Source: an uncultured Gemmatimonadales bacterium
Lineage (GTDB): Bacteria > Gemmatimonadota > Gemmatimonadetes > Gemmatimonadales > GWC2-71-9
Assembly: GCA_963798915.1 (NCBI GenBank)
Contig: CAWCVB010000006.1
Span: 64,001 to 128,000, forward strand
Reading direction: 5' to 3'
DNA length: 64,000 nt
Part shown: piece by piece, positions 12,274-22,403 of the stretch
Layout: each line of letters begins with the position of its first letter
How positions within the stretch are numbered: position 1 is the stretch's first letter
The notes under the pieces: generated by a model
The model's database searches: none
Seen by the model: the letters and a program-made list of their open reading frames with translations, nothing else
What the model was told of the DNA's origin: nothing
Made by a program: the position numbers and the translations under genes

Positions 12274-13556
12274 TGCGCCCGTCGCTGCAGAGGCTCGCGT
12301 TGATCGCTCTGGCGGCGGTCCTGGCGCATCCGGCCGTGGCCCAGCGTCCCGAGCGCTGCCGGGTCCAGTTCTCGACCTCGGGCACCGGTGGTTTCGTCGC
12401 GAGCCCGACCGGAGAGACGCGGTGGGCCAGCGGTGGGGTGCGGCTCGGATGCATCGGGCAGCGCGTCAGCGTCACCACGGACAGCGCGGTCGTGTACCCG
12501 GGCGGCGACGTCGATTTCGTGGGTCGGGTGCGCTACCGCGATACCACGGTGACGATCGCGGCGACCCGTGCCACGTTCCGGCGAGCCACGGAAACCTGGG
12601 AGGCGCGGGGCGACGTCACGATTCACAATCTCGAAACCGGCTCCACGGTGCGCGGCCCGGCCGTTGATTATCTCCGCGCGGCCGCTGGAGTGCGGGACAG
12701 CAGCGAGGTCTACGCGACCGGGCGCCCTCGCGTCGATTACTTCGAGGATGATTCATCAACGGCTGAGCGGGAGCCCTACCGGATTGTGGCCGACCGATTG
12801 CGTTCCCGCGGCAAGTCCCTGGTATGGGCGGGAGGCCGGGTGACCATCGACCGCAGTGACCTGGCCGCGCGCGGCGACTCCATGCGACTCGACACCGGCC
12901 CGAGTGACGATGGCTCCCTGCTTGGGGGCACACCGGAGTTTCGCGGACTCGGCGCCGACAGCTTCCTGGTCCGCGGCTCGCGCATCGATTTCACGTTCGA
13001 GCGCCGAAGCGTCTCCGGGGTGCTGGCCCAGGGCAAGGCACACGTCGAGCGCAAGGACTGGACTCTGGAGGCCGACACCATTGCGCTGGCCGTCCGCGCC
13101 CAGTCGGTCCAGCAGATCAACGCCTGGAGCCGGACCCGCCAGTCCGAAGGGGTCTCGAGCCGCTACGCCCTCCGGGGCGATTCCGTGGTCATCGAGACGC
13201 CTGATGAGCGGCTGAGCGGTCTCCGCACTTTCGGCCGCGGGTGGGTGGCGGGCGGCGTAGACTCGGCGTCCGGCGAGCGGAACTGGCTGTCCGGCGATAC
13301 CGTGCTCGCCATCTTTGCCGCGGCGGATTCCGCCGACACCTCGGCGTCCCGGCTCTCGCGGCTCGAAGCGCATCAGGATGCCCACTCGTTCCAGCACATT
13401 GCCCCTCAGCAGCGGGGCGCGCGCGCTGGATTGTCGTACGTGACGGCCGAGAACATCGTAGTGTTCATGAAGCCGGCCGGGAACGAAGAAGTCGAGCGGG
13501 TCGAGGCCACGGGCGGGGTGCAGGGCGTGCAACTCGATCCTTCGGGCGGCGGATGA
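12273..13556 (+). CDS. Long OstA/LptA-like periplasmic protein
   Basis: Signal peptide, repeated beta-strand-rich segments (ARGDV, ARGDS, LRGDS, LSGDT), lies between lptC and lptB. Confidence 0.65.
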   Translation: MRPSLQRLALIALAAVLAHPAVAQRPERCRVQFSTSGTGGFVASPTGETRWASGGVRLGCIGQRVSVTTDSAVVYPGGDVDFVGRVRYRDTTVTIAATRATFRRATETWEARGDVTIHNLETGSTVRGPAVDYLRAAAGVRDSSEVYATGRPRVDYFEDDSSTAEREPYRIVADRLRSRGKSLVWAGGRVTIDRSDLAARGDSMRLDTGPSDDGSLLGGTPEFRGLGADSFLVRGSRIDFTFERRSVSGVLAQGKAHVERKDWTLEADTIALAVRAQSVQQINAWSRTRQSEGVSSRYALRGDSVVIETPDERLSGLRTFGRGWVAGGVDSASGERNWLSGDTVLAIFAAADSADTSASRLSRLEAHQDAHSFQHIAPQQRGARAGLSYVTAENIVVFMKPAGNEEVERVEATGGVQGVQLDPSGGG

Positions 13557-14711
13557 GCGACACCTGGCTCGGAGCGGTAAGTCGGCGCGATCCTTCCGTT
13601 CCCCTGACACTCGCCGCCATTGTCCGTGGCTCGGGGCCCCATGGGGCGCTCGGACTGCCCGATCTCCTGATCTCGTATCGGGAGACATTCCTGCTGTGCT
13701 ATCGCGACCTGTCGCGTGGTGCGGAACCGGAGTTGTCGGGCGACGAGATTCGCGAGCATCTCTCGGGATCGCTGCTGCCACGACTGGCATCGGAAGGGTG
13801 GATCGACGACACCGCCGCGATCGACTGGGACGCGGTTCAGGCCGTGGGCGAGTGGTGGCCCGCAGTGGCGGCCGATCGCAGCGGGGCCTTCGAGGCCCTG
13901 GTCGGGATCGCCCGGGAGTGCCTGCGGGCGCCGCGGCGTACCGGTCCGGCCGGACCGGCCAGCGTGCTCGAGGGCAAGGAGCTCTCCAAGAGCTACCGCC
14001 ACCGGCGAGTGGTGGATCACGTGAACCTCCGGGTGACGCAGGGCGAGATCGTGGGCCTCCTGGGCCCCAATGGGGCCGGAAAGACCACGACGTTCTACCT
14101 GATCACCGGATTGGTGCGTCCCGAATCGGGCGAGGTGGTGCTCGACGGCGAAGCCCATCACGGGCGTGCCCATGTACCAGCGCGCACGCCTCGGGCTCGG
14201 CTATCTGGCGCAGGAACCCTCGGTCTTCCGGCGCATGACGGTCGAGGACAACATCCGCGCCATTCTTGAAGTGCGCGGATTGCAGGCCAAGGCGCGGGAA
14301 CGCGAGCTGGAGCGCGTGCTGGACGAACTGTCGATCCGGCATTTGCGGCGTGCCAAGGCCTATTCGCTCTCGGGTGGCGAGCGGCGCCGCCTGGAGATCA
14401 CGCGGGCGCTGGTGACCGAACCCAAGTTCATGCTGCTGGACGAGCCTTTCGCCGGCGTGGATCCCATCGCCGTGCACGATATCCAGACGATCGTAGCCGG
14501 GCTGCGGCTTCGCGGCATTGGCGTCCTCATTACGGACCATAACGTGGAACAGACGCTCGACATCGTGGATCGCGCATACATCATGGTGGACGGCAAGGTG
14601 CAGGCGGCCGGAACCGTGCGCGATCTGGTGTACAACGACCGGGTGGCACAACGCTATCTCGGGCCGACCCTCACGTCGCGCCTGCGGGCGCGCCTGGAGG
14701 CGGTGGCATGA
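13553..14711 (+). CDS. lptB: LPS export ABC ATPase LptB with N-terminal extension; +1 frameshift at ~14151
   Basis: First frame [19 protein letters not shown]; second frame [49 protein letters not shown]. Removing one base at 14151-14153 gives a continuous ~385 aa ORF. Confidence 0.9.
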
Positions 14712-16195
14712 GGACTGGACTGCAACAGACGACCGGGCTGCGACAGGAGCTGCGCGTCAATCCACGGCTGTATCAGGCCATGGACATGCTCTACATGCCC
14801 ATGATGGACCTGCAGCAGCACCTGAAGCAGGAGCTGCTGTCCAATCCCTTCCTCGAGCTGCTCGAGCCCGAGGAAGACGAAAACGTGGAGGAAAAGCCCG
14901 CGGAGCAGGAGCGCGAGCAGCAGCAGAAGGAGGACGAGGTCGACTGGGAGGAGATCCTGCTCAATGGCTTCGAGGTCGGAGGAGCCAAGGAGCAATTCGA
15001 GGCGACCGAGTATCTGGAACCGGTAACAGTCGAGTCGCGCGATCTGGGCGATCACCTGCGCGAGCAGCTCCAGATGCTCGAACTCACGCCTCGCCAGCGG
15101 CTGCTCAGCGAGGAGTTCCTGGGGAACATCAGCGATGACGGTTACCTCGCGGCGTCGCTCGAGGAAATCCTCGGCTCCGTGAATCAGCTGGTGGAGAGCC
15201 ATTTCGAGGAGCACGCCCGGGAGCAGGAGGACTACGATGAGGACCAGCCCACGGAGATCCCGGCCGCGGCGCTCTATGGCATGCCAGAGATCGAGGAGAT
15301 GCTCGGCATCGTGCAGCGACTCGACCCGGCGGGAGTGGGCGCCCGGGACCTGCGTGAATGCCTGGTACTGCAGATGCGGGAACAGGGCGACACTGGCTCG
15401 CTCACCTACCTGCTGGTCCACGACGCCTTCCAGGACCTCATCGCCCACCGGTGGAACGACCTCGCCAAGCGCTTCGGGGTCGAGCCCCAGGCGGTCCAGG
15501 CGGCGGCCGATGAACTGGCCCGCTACGACCCGAAGCCGGGCCTCAAGTACTCGAACCGGGGCGAGAGCTACATCATTCCCGACCTGGTCGTCGAGAAGGT
15601 GGACGGCCAGTATCGCGTGTTCCTCAACGACTCGGGCGTGCCACGCCTCCGGCTCAGCCGCTCGTACCAGGAGATTGCGCGCGACAAGCGGAAGATGACG
15701 CCCGAGAACCGCGAATTCATCGCGTCCAAGATGAACAGCGCCAACTGGATGATCCAGGCGATCGAACAGCGCCGCCAGACCATGCTCAAGGTGATGAACT
15801 TCATCGTGGACCGGCAGCGGGAGTTCTTCGAGAAGGGCATCGAGCACCTCAAGCCGCTGACCCTCCGGGAAGTGGCCGAGGTGATCAACATGCATGAGAG
15901 CACCGTCAGCCGCGTCACCAACGAGAAGTTCGTGCAGACGCCGCGCGGGGTGCTGCCGCTCAAGTTCTTCTTTTCGAGCGCGCTGGCGACGGCCTCGGGC
16001 GAGGATGCGAGTGCGCGTTCGATCCGTGCGAAGCTGGAGAAGATGGTGGCGGAGGAAAACCAGTCCAAGCCGCTGACCGACCAGCAGATCGTGCATCTCT
16101 TCCAGGAGCAGGGCATTCAGATCGCTCGGCGGACGGTGGCCAAGTACCGCGACCAGTTGGGAATTCTTCCAGCCCGCATGCGGAAGCGCGTATGA
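14708..16195 (+). CDS. rpoN: RNA polymerase sigma-54 factor
   Basis: DPAGVGARDLRECL, HESTVSRV, RpoN box ARRTVAKYR. Confidence 0.98.
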   Translation: MRTGLQQTTGLRQELRVNPRLYQAMDMLYMPMMDLQQHLKQELLSNPFLELLEPEEDENVEEKPAEQEREQQQKEDEVDWEEILLNGFEVGGAKEQFEATEYLEPVTVESRDLGDHLREQLQMLELTPRQRLLSEEFLGNISDDGYLAASLEEILGSVNQLVESHFEEHAREQEDYDEDQPTEIPAAALYGMPEIEEMLGIVQRLDPAGVGARDLRECLVLQMREQGDTGSLTYLLVHDAFQDLIAHRWNDLAKRFGVEPQAVQAAADELARYDPKPGLKYSNRGESYIIPDLVVEKVDGQYRVFLNDSGVPRLRLSRSYQEIARDKRKMTPENREFIASKMNSANWMIQAIEQRRQTMLKVMNFIVDRQREFFEKGIEHLKPLTLREVAEVINMHESTVSRVTNEKFVQTPRGVLPLKFFFSSALATASGEDASARSIRAKLEKMVAEENQSKPLTDQQIVHLFQEQGIQIARRTVAKYRDQLGILPARMRKRV

Positions 16196-17154
16196 GCAGC
16201 CTGCCGGCCCGCGGGCCGGTCGATGTGAGCGTCCTGGTGCCCGCCAAGGACGAAGCCGAAAACCTGCCGGAATTCATGGCGCAGGCCGCCCGCGCACTGA
16301 CAGCCGCCGATTTCAGCTTTGAAGTGATTGTCGTGGACGACGGCTCGCGCGATGCCACTGCCAGCGTGCTGCGGGACCTGCTGGCCCGCTACGCCTTTCT
16401 TCGGGTGGTGACCCATCGGCGCCAGCGGGGAATTGCCGATGCCTTGCGCTCGGCGCAGGACGTGGCACGCGGGGAGGTATGCGTCTTCTATCCCGCCGAC
16501 CTGCAGTATCTGCCCGAAGACATTCCCGGCCTGGTCGAACCCGTCCTGGACGGAGCCGCGGACATCGTCACCGGCACGAAGCAGGGCAAGTACGAGAAGG
16601 CGTTCGTTTCCGGCATCTACAATGCGCTCTGCCGATGGCTGTTCGGGGTTCCGGTGACCGACCTCAACTCGGTCAAGGCCTGGCGGCGAGAAGTGATGCA
16701 GGGCATTCCCCTGCGCCCGGACTGGCACCGGTTCATGGTCGTCATCGCCCTGGCGGATGGGTACCGGCTCACATCGCGACCCGTGCCTCTGCATCCGCGC
16801 CGCGCCGGCGTCTCCAAGTTTGACTGGAAGCGTATTCCGGTTGGTGTGCTGGACCTGCTGTCAGTGTGGTTCCAGCTGCGCTTCGGTCGCAAACCGATGC
16901 TCTTCTTCGGGCTGGCCGGTGCGCTGCTCTTCTTCGTCGGCTTCCTGGGCGGCATCGTGGCGCTGGTGCTCCGATTCGGCTATGGCATCGGCTTCCGTCC
17001 CCTGCTCAATCTCGTGGAGACCATGGTCATCAGCGGCATCGCGCTGTTCGGATTCGGGTTCGTCGGCGAAATCGTCGCCGGCCAGCGGGAGGAGACGCGC
17101 GAACTGCTGCGGCGACTGGCCAGTGCCACGCCGCCCAGGGACGCGCAGGACTGA
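16192..17154 (+). CDS. GT2 glycosyltransferase (ArnC/GtrB-like polyprenyl-phosphate glycosyltransferase)
   Basis: SVLVPAKDE, VVDDGSRD, ADLQY, two C-terminal TM helices. Confidence 0.88.
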   Translation: MSSLPARGPVDVSVLVPAKDEAENLPEFMAQAARALTAADFSFEVIVVDDGSRDATASVLRDLLARYAFLRVVTHRRQRGIADALRSAQDVARGEVCVFYPADLQYLPEDIPGLVEPVLDGAADIVTGTKQGKYEKAFVSGIYNALCRWLFGVPVTDLNSVKAWRREVMQGIPLRPDWHRFMVVIALADGYRLTSRPVPLHPRRAGVSKFDWKRIPVGVLDLLSVWFQLRFGRKPMLFFGLAGALLFFVGFLGGIVALVLRFGYGIGFRPLLNLVETMVISGIALFGFGFVGEIVAGQREETRELLRRLASATPPRDAQD

Positions 17155-17159
17155 ATGGC

Positions 17160-18302
17160 GTGCGGGTCGTATTCCTGACCCACAACTATCCGCGTTGCGC
17201 CGGGGATCTCTCCGGCGCCTTTCTGGCTACGCTCGCGCGCGCGCTGTCGGCGCGAGGCATCACGGTGACGGTCGTGGCGCCAAGCGATCGCGGCGATGTT
17301 GGCGACGCAGCTGACGGGCCGGTCAGGGTCCGCCGCGTCCGGTACGGGCATCCCCGGCACGAGACCATCGCGTACGCCGGAACGATGGGCGATGCGACCC
17401 GGAGCGTGGGTGGACTGCGGGCGCTGGCTGCCCTGCGCCGGGCGCTGCGCCGTGCCGCCGAGGAGGAGATGGCGGCCGGCGCCGACCTGATTCATGCCCA
17501 TTGGTGGGTGCCAGGCGGTCTGGCGGTACCCCGCGGGCGGCCATTCGTCTTGACCAGTCACGGCACTGATGCGGCCCTGCTCAACCGTTCGGCGCTGGCG
17601 CGTGCGCTGGCGCGGCCAGTCTATCGCCGGGCCAGGCTGGTGACGGCCGTGTCGCAGGAGATGGCGCTTTGGATTCAGCGCGCCACGGGCCATTGGATTC
17701 CGCCGGGCCAGGTCCACCCCATGCCGGCCGACACCTCGCGCTTTGCATGGAGTGAGGGTGGTGATGGCGCGGTGGTCGTGGCCCGACTCACCGCGCAGAA
17801 GCGGGTCGATCTTGCCATCCGCGCCATCGGGGTGCTGGCCACCCTGGGCGCGCGGCTGCCGCTCACGATCATCGGTGATGGCCCCGAGCGACAGGCACTT
17901 GAGCTGCTCGCGTCCGAGTTGGGCCTCTCCGGCGTGGTACGCTTTGCCGGCGCCCTTCCCACCGACGAGATTCCCGCCGTGCTGCGGCGGGCCGACGTCA
18001 TGTACTTTCCGGCCGTGGGCGAGGGCTTCGGCCTGGCCGCGGCCGAGGCGCTGATGAGCGGCGTTCCCGTGATCGCGTGCTGGGACGGCGGCGGCGTCCT
18101 CGACATCGTGCCAGAAACCGGGGCAGGGCGGCGGGTGATTCCGGCGGCGGACGCGCTGGCAGACGCCACGCTCGACATTCTCTCCGACGACCGCCGGCTG
18201 CAGCACGCCCGGCAGGCAGGCCAGCACTGGCGCGACCGGCTGCGCCCCGAAACCGTAGCGGCGGTGGTCGAGGGCTGGTATCACGAGGCGCTCGGTGAGT
18301 AA
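17160..18302 (+). CDS. GT4 glycosyltransferase
   Basis: IHAHWW, ARLTAQKRVD, EGFGLAAAEALMSGVPVI. Confidence 0.88.
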   Translation: MRVVFLTHNYPRCAGDLSGAFLATLARALSARGITVTVVAPSDRGDVGDAADGPVRVRRVRYGHPRHETIAYAGTMGDATRSVGGLRALAALRRALRRAAEEEMAAGADLIHAHWWVPGGLAVPRGRPFVLTSHGTDAALLNRSALARALARPVYRRARLVTAVSQEMALWIQRATGHWIPPGQVHPMPADTSRFAWSEGGDGAVVVARLTAQKRVDLAIRAIGVLATLGARLPLTIIGDGPERQALELLASELGLSGVVRFAGALPTDEIPAVLRRADVMYFPAVGEGFGLAAAEALMSGVPVIACWDGGGVLDIVPETGAGRRVIPAADALADATLDILSDDRRLQHARQAGQHWRDRLRPETVAAVVEGWYHEALGE

Positions 18303-19221
18303 GCGTTGGATCAGGGTCGCTGGATGGATCGTCACCGCGGTGATCGTTGGCCTGGCGATCCGCGCCCTGAGCCGGCAATGGCAGGATCTGATGGCGCAGC
18401 CGGTGGTGTGGAGGGTGCGCCCGGTCTTCCTGCTGGGCGCGCTGGGTCTGGTGCTGGTGAATTACGTGATCCTGGTGCAGGCCTGGCGCGTGGTCCTGCG
18501 CGGCTGGAGGCAGTCGCTGCCGTTTCTCGCCAGCGCTCGCATCTGGATCATTTCCGGGCTGGGCAAGTATGTGCCGGGCAAGGTCTGGGCGGTCGCCGGC
18601 ATGGCGGTCCTGGCGCAGCGGGCCGGAGTTGCCGCCTGGGCCGCGACTGCGTCGGCTGTGGTACTGCAGGCACTGGCCGTGGGCACTGGCGCCGCGATCA
18701 CGGGCCTCGCTGGCAGCGAGCGGCTCGACGCCAGTGCGCCGTGGGTCAGGGTGGCGCTCATCGGGCTCGTTGCCGCCAGCGCGGCCGGGTTGACGCTTCT
18801 GCTCTGGCCACCGGTGACGCGTTGGGTCCTGCGCCTGGTGCGTGTGGCAGCGCCACCCGATCGCTCCCCTGACGCGGGCGCCATCGCTATCGCGCTGCTC
18901 TCGAATGTGGTGGCGTGGCTGCTCTACGGCGTGTCGCTGTGGTTGCTGGCGCACGGTTTGTTCGCGGTCCCCGGCTTGACACTGCGTGCGGCTATCGGAG
19001 CCTTCGCGGCGTCCTACGTGGCCGGCCTGCTGGCGCTGTTTGCGCCGGGGGGCATCGGCGTCCGGGAGCTCGTGTTCCTCCTGATGTTGAACGGTGTGGT
19101 CGGTCCCGGCATCGCCGCTGCCCTGGCGGTGGCGTCGAGACTGCTTCTGACTTTGACCGAACTCGGAACGGCGATGCCGTTCCTGATTCTCCAGCGAGGG
19201 CAGCGACGTGTCGCAGACTGA
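18295..19221 (+). CDS. Lysylphosphatidylglycerol synthase TM / flippase-like membrane protein
   Basis: Multi-TM with GKYVPGKVW and APGGIGVRE motifs. Confidence 0.8.
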   Translation: MSKRWIRVAGWIVTAVIVGLAIRALSRQWQDLMAQPVVWRVRPVFLLGALGLVLVNYVILVQAWRVVLRGWRQSLPFLASARIWIISGLGKYVPGKVWAVAGMAVLAQRAGVAAWAATASAVVLQALAVGTGAAITGLAGSERLDASAPWVRVALIGLVAASAAGLTLLLWPPVTRWVLRLVRVAAPPDRSPDAGAIAIALLSNVVAWLLYGVSLWLLAHGLFAVPGLTLRAAIGAFAASYVAGLLALFAPGGIGVRELVFLLMLNGVVGPGIAAALAVASRLLLTLTELGTAMPFLILQRGQRRVAD

Positions 19222-21577
19222 GAGTCCCGCCTACCAGCCGTCTCGCCCAGGCCTGGTGGCCTTCCTGGTATACCTCCTGCCGGTGCTGGTCATGTTCTGG
19301 CCGCTGGTGCATGGACAGTTCCTGGGCGGAACCCAGAGCGACCAGTTTGCCGCCGGCTTCAGCTTTCGCGATTTCGGCGCCCAGTTCTTCAGGGCCACTG
19401 GTGGCATCCCGCAGTGGAACCCATATCTGTTCGGCGGCATGCCGTTCATTGGCGCCATGCACGGGGACATCTTCTATCCCACGGCATGGCTGCGATGGAT
19501 CCTCCCGGTCGGCGTCGGCATTGGCCTCGGCTTCGCCATTCATATCCTGCTGGCCGGCGTCTTCTCTTACGTCCTCATGCGGGCGCTGCGCTTCAGCTGG
19601 ACCGCCGCCCTCGTGGGCGGACTCGCGTATGAGTTGAGTGGCATCGTGCTTTCCATGGTGCATCCCGGCCACGACGGCAAGTTGTTCGTCTCCGCCCTGA
19701 CACCGCTACTCCTCTGGGCGCTGATACGGGCCATCCGCGACGGAAAGGGATGGGGCTACGGCGCCATTGCCGGGATCGTGGGCCTGACAATCCTCACGCC
19801 CCATCCGCCGATGACGCTCTACGCGCTCATCGCAGCCGGCATCTTCACCCTCTACCTCACGTTCTTCGATCCCGCCCGCAACCGCTCGCGTTCGCAGGCG
19901 ACGGTCCTCGGCTTTGCGCTTGGCGCCGTCCTGCTGGGCGCCGGTATTGCGGCCGTGCAGATCCTGCCGGTCTATCACTACCTGCCGTTCTCAACCCGGG
20001 CGGTGGGGCACTCCGCGAGCAGCTATGCCTACGCCACGGCATACGCGCTGCCGCCGGCCGAGTTGATCGGCACTGTCCTGCCGCAGTTCAATGGCATTGG
20101 CGAGCTGTACTGGGGCTCGAACTTCTTCAAGCTGCACAGCGAGTACCTTGGCGCGGTGGTCGTGGCCCTTGCTTTCCTTGGGTTCATGGCCCGCCGGCGG
20201 GACCGGGCAATGCTCACGTTCGCCGTCATCGGCGGCCTCTTCCTGCTAGTCTCGCTCGGCGGCCATACACCGTTCTACCGGCTCTGGTATGAGATCGTCC
20301 CGTACATCAAGAAGGTGCGGGCCCCGGGCATGGCCTTCTTCCTTGTCGCACTGCCGGTTTCGATCTGGGCCGGCGCCGGCGTGGAGGAACTGCTGGCAAA
20401 ACGGGTCTCGCCCGGGCGCATCTTCGCGGTGTTCGGTGCGGTTGCGGGCTTCGGGTTGCTGGGTGCCCTGGGCGCGCTGCAACCGTTCACCGAGTCCATG
20501 GCTGACCCGCGGCGCCTCGACGTTGCCCAGGCCAATGCGGCGGCGCTGATGGCGGGTGGCGTGCGGCTGCTGGCGTTTGGGCTGCTGGGCGGGCTCGCGG
20601 CGTGGCTGGTCCGGGCGGGAAAGGTCTCTCGCGCACTCGGGACGCTGCTGCTGGCGGCGGTCGTGATGGCCGATCTCTACTCGGTCGACCGCCAGTACGT
20701 GGTCTTCGGTCCACCCGCTTCGGTGCTCTTTGCCAAGGATTCAGTCACCCGATATCTGGCCGCGCAGCCGAAGCCATTCCGGGTCTTCGACGCCCCCGGG
20801 GAGAGTGCTTTTCAGGTGGGGCCCGTCTATCCCGGCGACTATCTCATGGCGCAGAAGATTCAAACGGTTCTTGGCTATCACGGCAATGAGGAATTCATCT
20901 ACGATGAGCTGTGGGGTGGCAAGAACGTCTACCAGCACATGGTTTCACCGACCCTGTGGACGCTGTGGGATGTCGAATACGTTCTGTTCGACCACGAGCT
21001 CGAGGTGCCGGGCTATCACAAGGTGATGGGACCGGTCACGACCTCCGTGGGCACGCCGGCGGTCCTCTACCAGCGCGACACCGCTTCGACGTACGCGCGG
21101 GTAGTGCCCGGGGCGCTGAAGCTGCCGGAGGAGCAGGTGATCGCCACCGTGCTCGATCCCAAGTTTCCGCCGGCGAGCGTAGCGATCCTTTCGGATTCGG
21201 CGCCCGTCGCGCCCACGCCTATTCGGGGCCAGCTGCCCGCAGCTTCGCCGGTCCGCGCGCGAGTCACCAGCTGGGCTCCCGGAACGATGGATGTCGCGCT
21301 GGATTCGGTCGACCCCCGTCCGACCTTCCTGCTCATGGCCGAGACCTACTTTCCCGACTGGCGCGCGTCGATCGACGGAAAGCCCGCCGCAGTCCTGCGT
21401 GCCAACGGGGCCCAGCTTGCGGTCGAGCTTCCGCCAGGCGCACGGCAGGTGACGTTCCGCTTCGTGAGCCGTGGGTATGGCGCCGGAAAGGTTGTGACGG
21501 CGCTGTCGTTACTGCTGACCGTGCTGCTGATCGTGGTCCCGGCGGTACGAGCGCGCCGGCGGCCGGCAGCGGCGTGA
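19208..21577 (+). CDS. YfhO-like GT-C membrane glycosyltransferase
   Basis: PQWNPYLFGGMPF, FYP, many TM helices, C-terminal ETYFPDWRASIDG...VELPPG. Confidence 0.8.
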   Translation: MSQTESPAYQPSRPGLVAFLVYLLPVLVMFWPLVHGQFLGGTQSDQFAAGFSFRDFGAQFFRATGGIPQWNPYLFGGMPFIGAMHGDIFYPTAWLRWILPVGVGIGLGFAIHILLAGVFSYVLMRALRFSWTAALVGGLAYELSGIVLSMVHPGHDGKLFVSALTPLLLWALIRAIRDGKGWGYGAIAGIVGLTILTPHPPMTLYALIAAGIFTLYLTFFDPARNRSRSQATVLGFALGAVLLGAGIAAVQILPVYHYLPFSTRAVGHSASSYAYATAYALPPAELIGTVLPQFNGIGELYWGSNFFKLHSEYLGAVVVALAFLGFMARRRDRAMLTFAVIGGLFLLVSLGGHTPFYRLWYEIVPYIKKVRAPGMAFFLVALPVSIWAGAGVEELLAKRVSPGRIFAVFGAVAGFGLLGALGALQPFTESMADPRRLDVAQANAAALMAGGVRLLAFGLLGGLAAWLVRAGKVSRALGTLLLAAVVMADLYSVDRQYVVFGPPASVLFAKDSVTRYLAAQPKPFRVFDAPGESAFQVGPVYPGDYLMAQKIQTVLGYHGNEEFIYDELWGGKNVYQHMVSPTLWTLWDVEYVLFDHELEVPGYHKVMGPVTTSVGTPAVLYQRDTASTYARVVPGALKLPEEQVIATVLDPKFPPASVAILSDSAPVAPTPIRGQLPAASPVRARVTSWAPGTMDVALDSVDPRPTFLLMAETYFPDWRASIDGKPAAVLRANGAQLAVELPPGARQVTFRFVSRGYGAGKVVTALSLLLTVLLIVVPAVRARRRPAAA

Positions 21578-21683
21578 AGCCCCCCGGCTCGGCGGCGTTA
21601 TCTTTCCGCCGCATCCTGACTTGATACGCTGGCCCAATGCGCCGCAACCGACGTCGCATGGGGCCGGCCCAGCCATCGAGCCT

Positions 21684-22403
21684 GTGTCCGAGCGCTACCT
21701 CGTCTGCGTCCCGACCTTTAACGAGCGTGACAACCTTCCCCAGATCGTGCCGGCAATCCTGCTCCAGGATCCTCGGCTCGAGGTGCTTGTCATTGACGAC
21801 AACTCGCCCGACGGGACGGGCGACCTTGCCGACCGGATGGCAGCCGCGGAGCCCCGCCTCCACGTCCTCCACCGGACAGCCAAGCAGGGACTGGGCCGGG
21901 CCTATCTTGCCGGGTTCGCCTGGGGATTGGAGAAGGGATACGACTTCCTCTTCGAGATGGACGCCGACTTCTCCCACGACCCCAAGTTCCTGCCCGGGTT
22001 CATGGCCACCATCCAGGACGTGGACCTGGTAATCGGGTCGCGCTATAGCCAGGGGGTGAACGTCATCAACTGGCCCATTTCGCGGTTGCTGCTCTCACTC
22101 GGCGCCAACCAGTACGCCAAGTTCGTCACCGGGCTGCGGGTGGACGACCTCACCGGCGGCTTCAAGTGCTTCCGCCGGACCGTGCTCGAGGCCATCGATT
22201 TTTCGCGGGTGCGCTCCAATGGCTATGCCTTCCAGATCGAGATGAGCTTTCGCGCGTGGAAGAAGGGATTTCAGATCAGGGAAATCCCGATTGTCTTCAC
22301 CGACCGGGTGGAAGGGCAGAGCAAGATGAGCCGCAAGATCGTGCGGGAGGCCATCTGGATGGTCTGGTCGCTTCGGCTGCGCGCCATGTTCGGGCGACTC
22401 TGA
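21684..22403 (+). CDS. Polyprenol monophosphomannose synthase (Ppm1/DPM1-like GT2)
   Basis: PTFNERDN, DDNSPDGTG, MDADFSHDP, GFKCFRR, GYAFQIE; start uncertain (21621 or 21684). Confidence 0.9.
   Translation: MSERYLVCVPTFNERDNLPQIVPAILLQDPRLEVLVIDDNSPDGTGDLADRMAAAEPRLHVLHRTAKQGLGRAYLAGFAWGLEKGYDFLFEMDADFSHDPKFLPGFMATIQDVDLVIGSRYSQGVNVINWPISRLLLSLGANQYAKFVTGLRVDDLTGGFKCFRRTVLEAIDFSRVRSNGYAFQIEMSFRAWKKGFQIREIPIVFTDRVEGQSKMSRKIVREAIWMVWSLRLRAMFGRL

Noticed and set aside
14140..14175. Programmed frameshift in lptB
   Set aside because: No slippery heptamer, stop-codon pause or SD-like stimulator; an indel explains it better.
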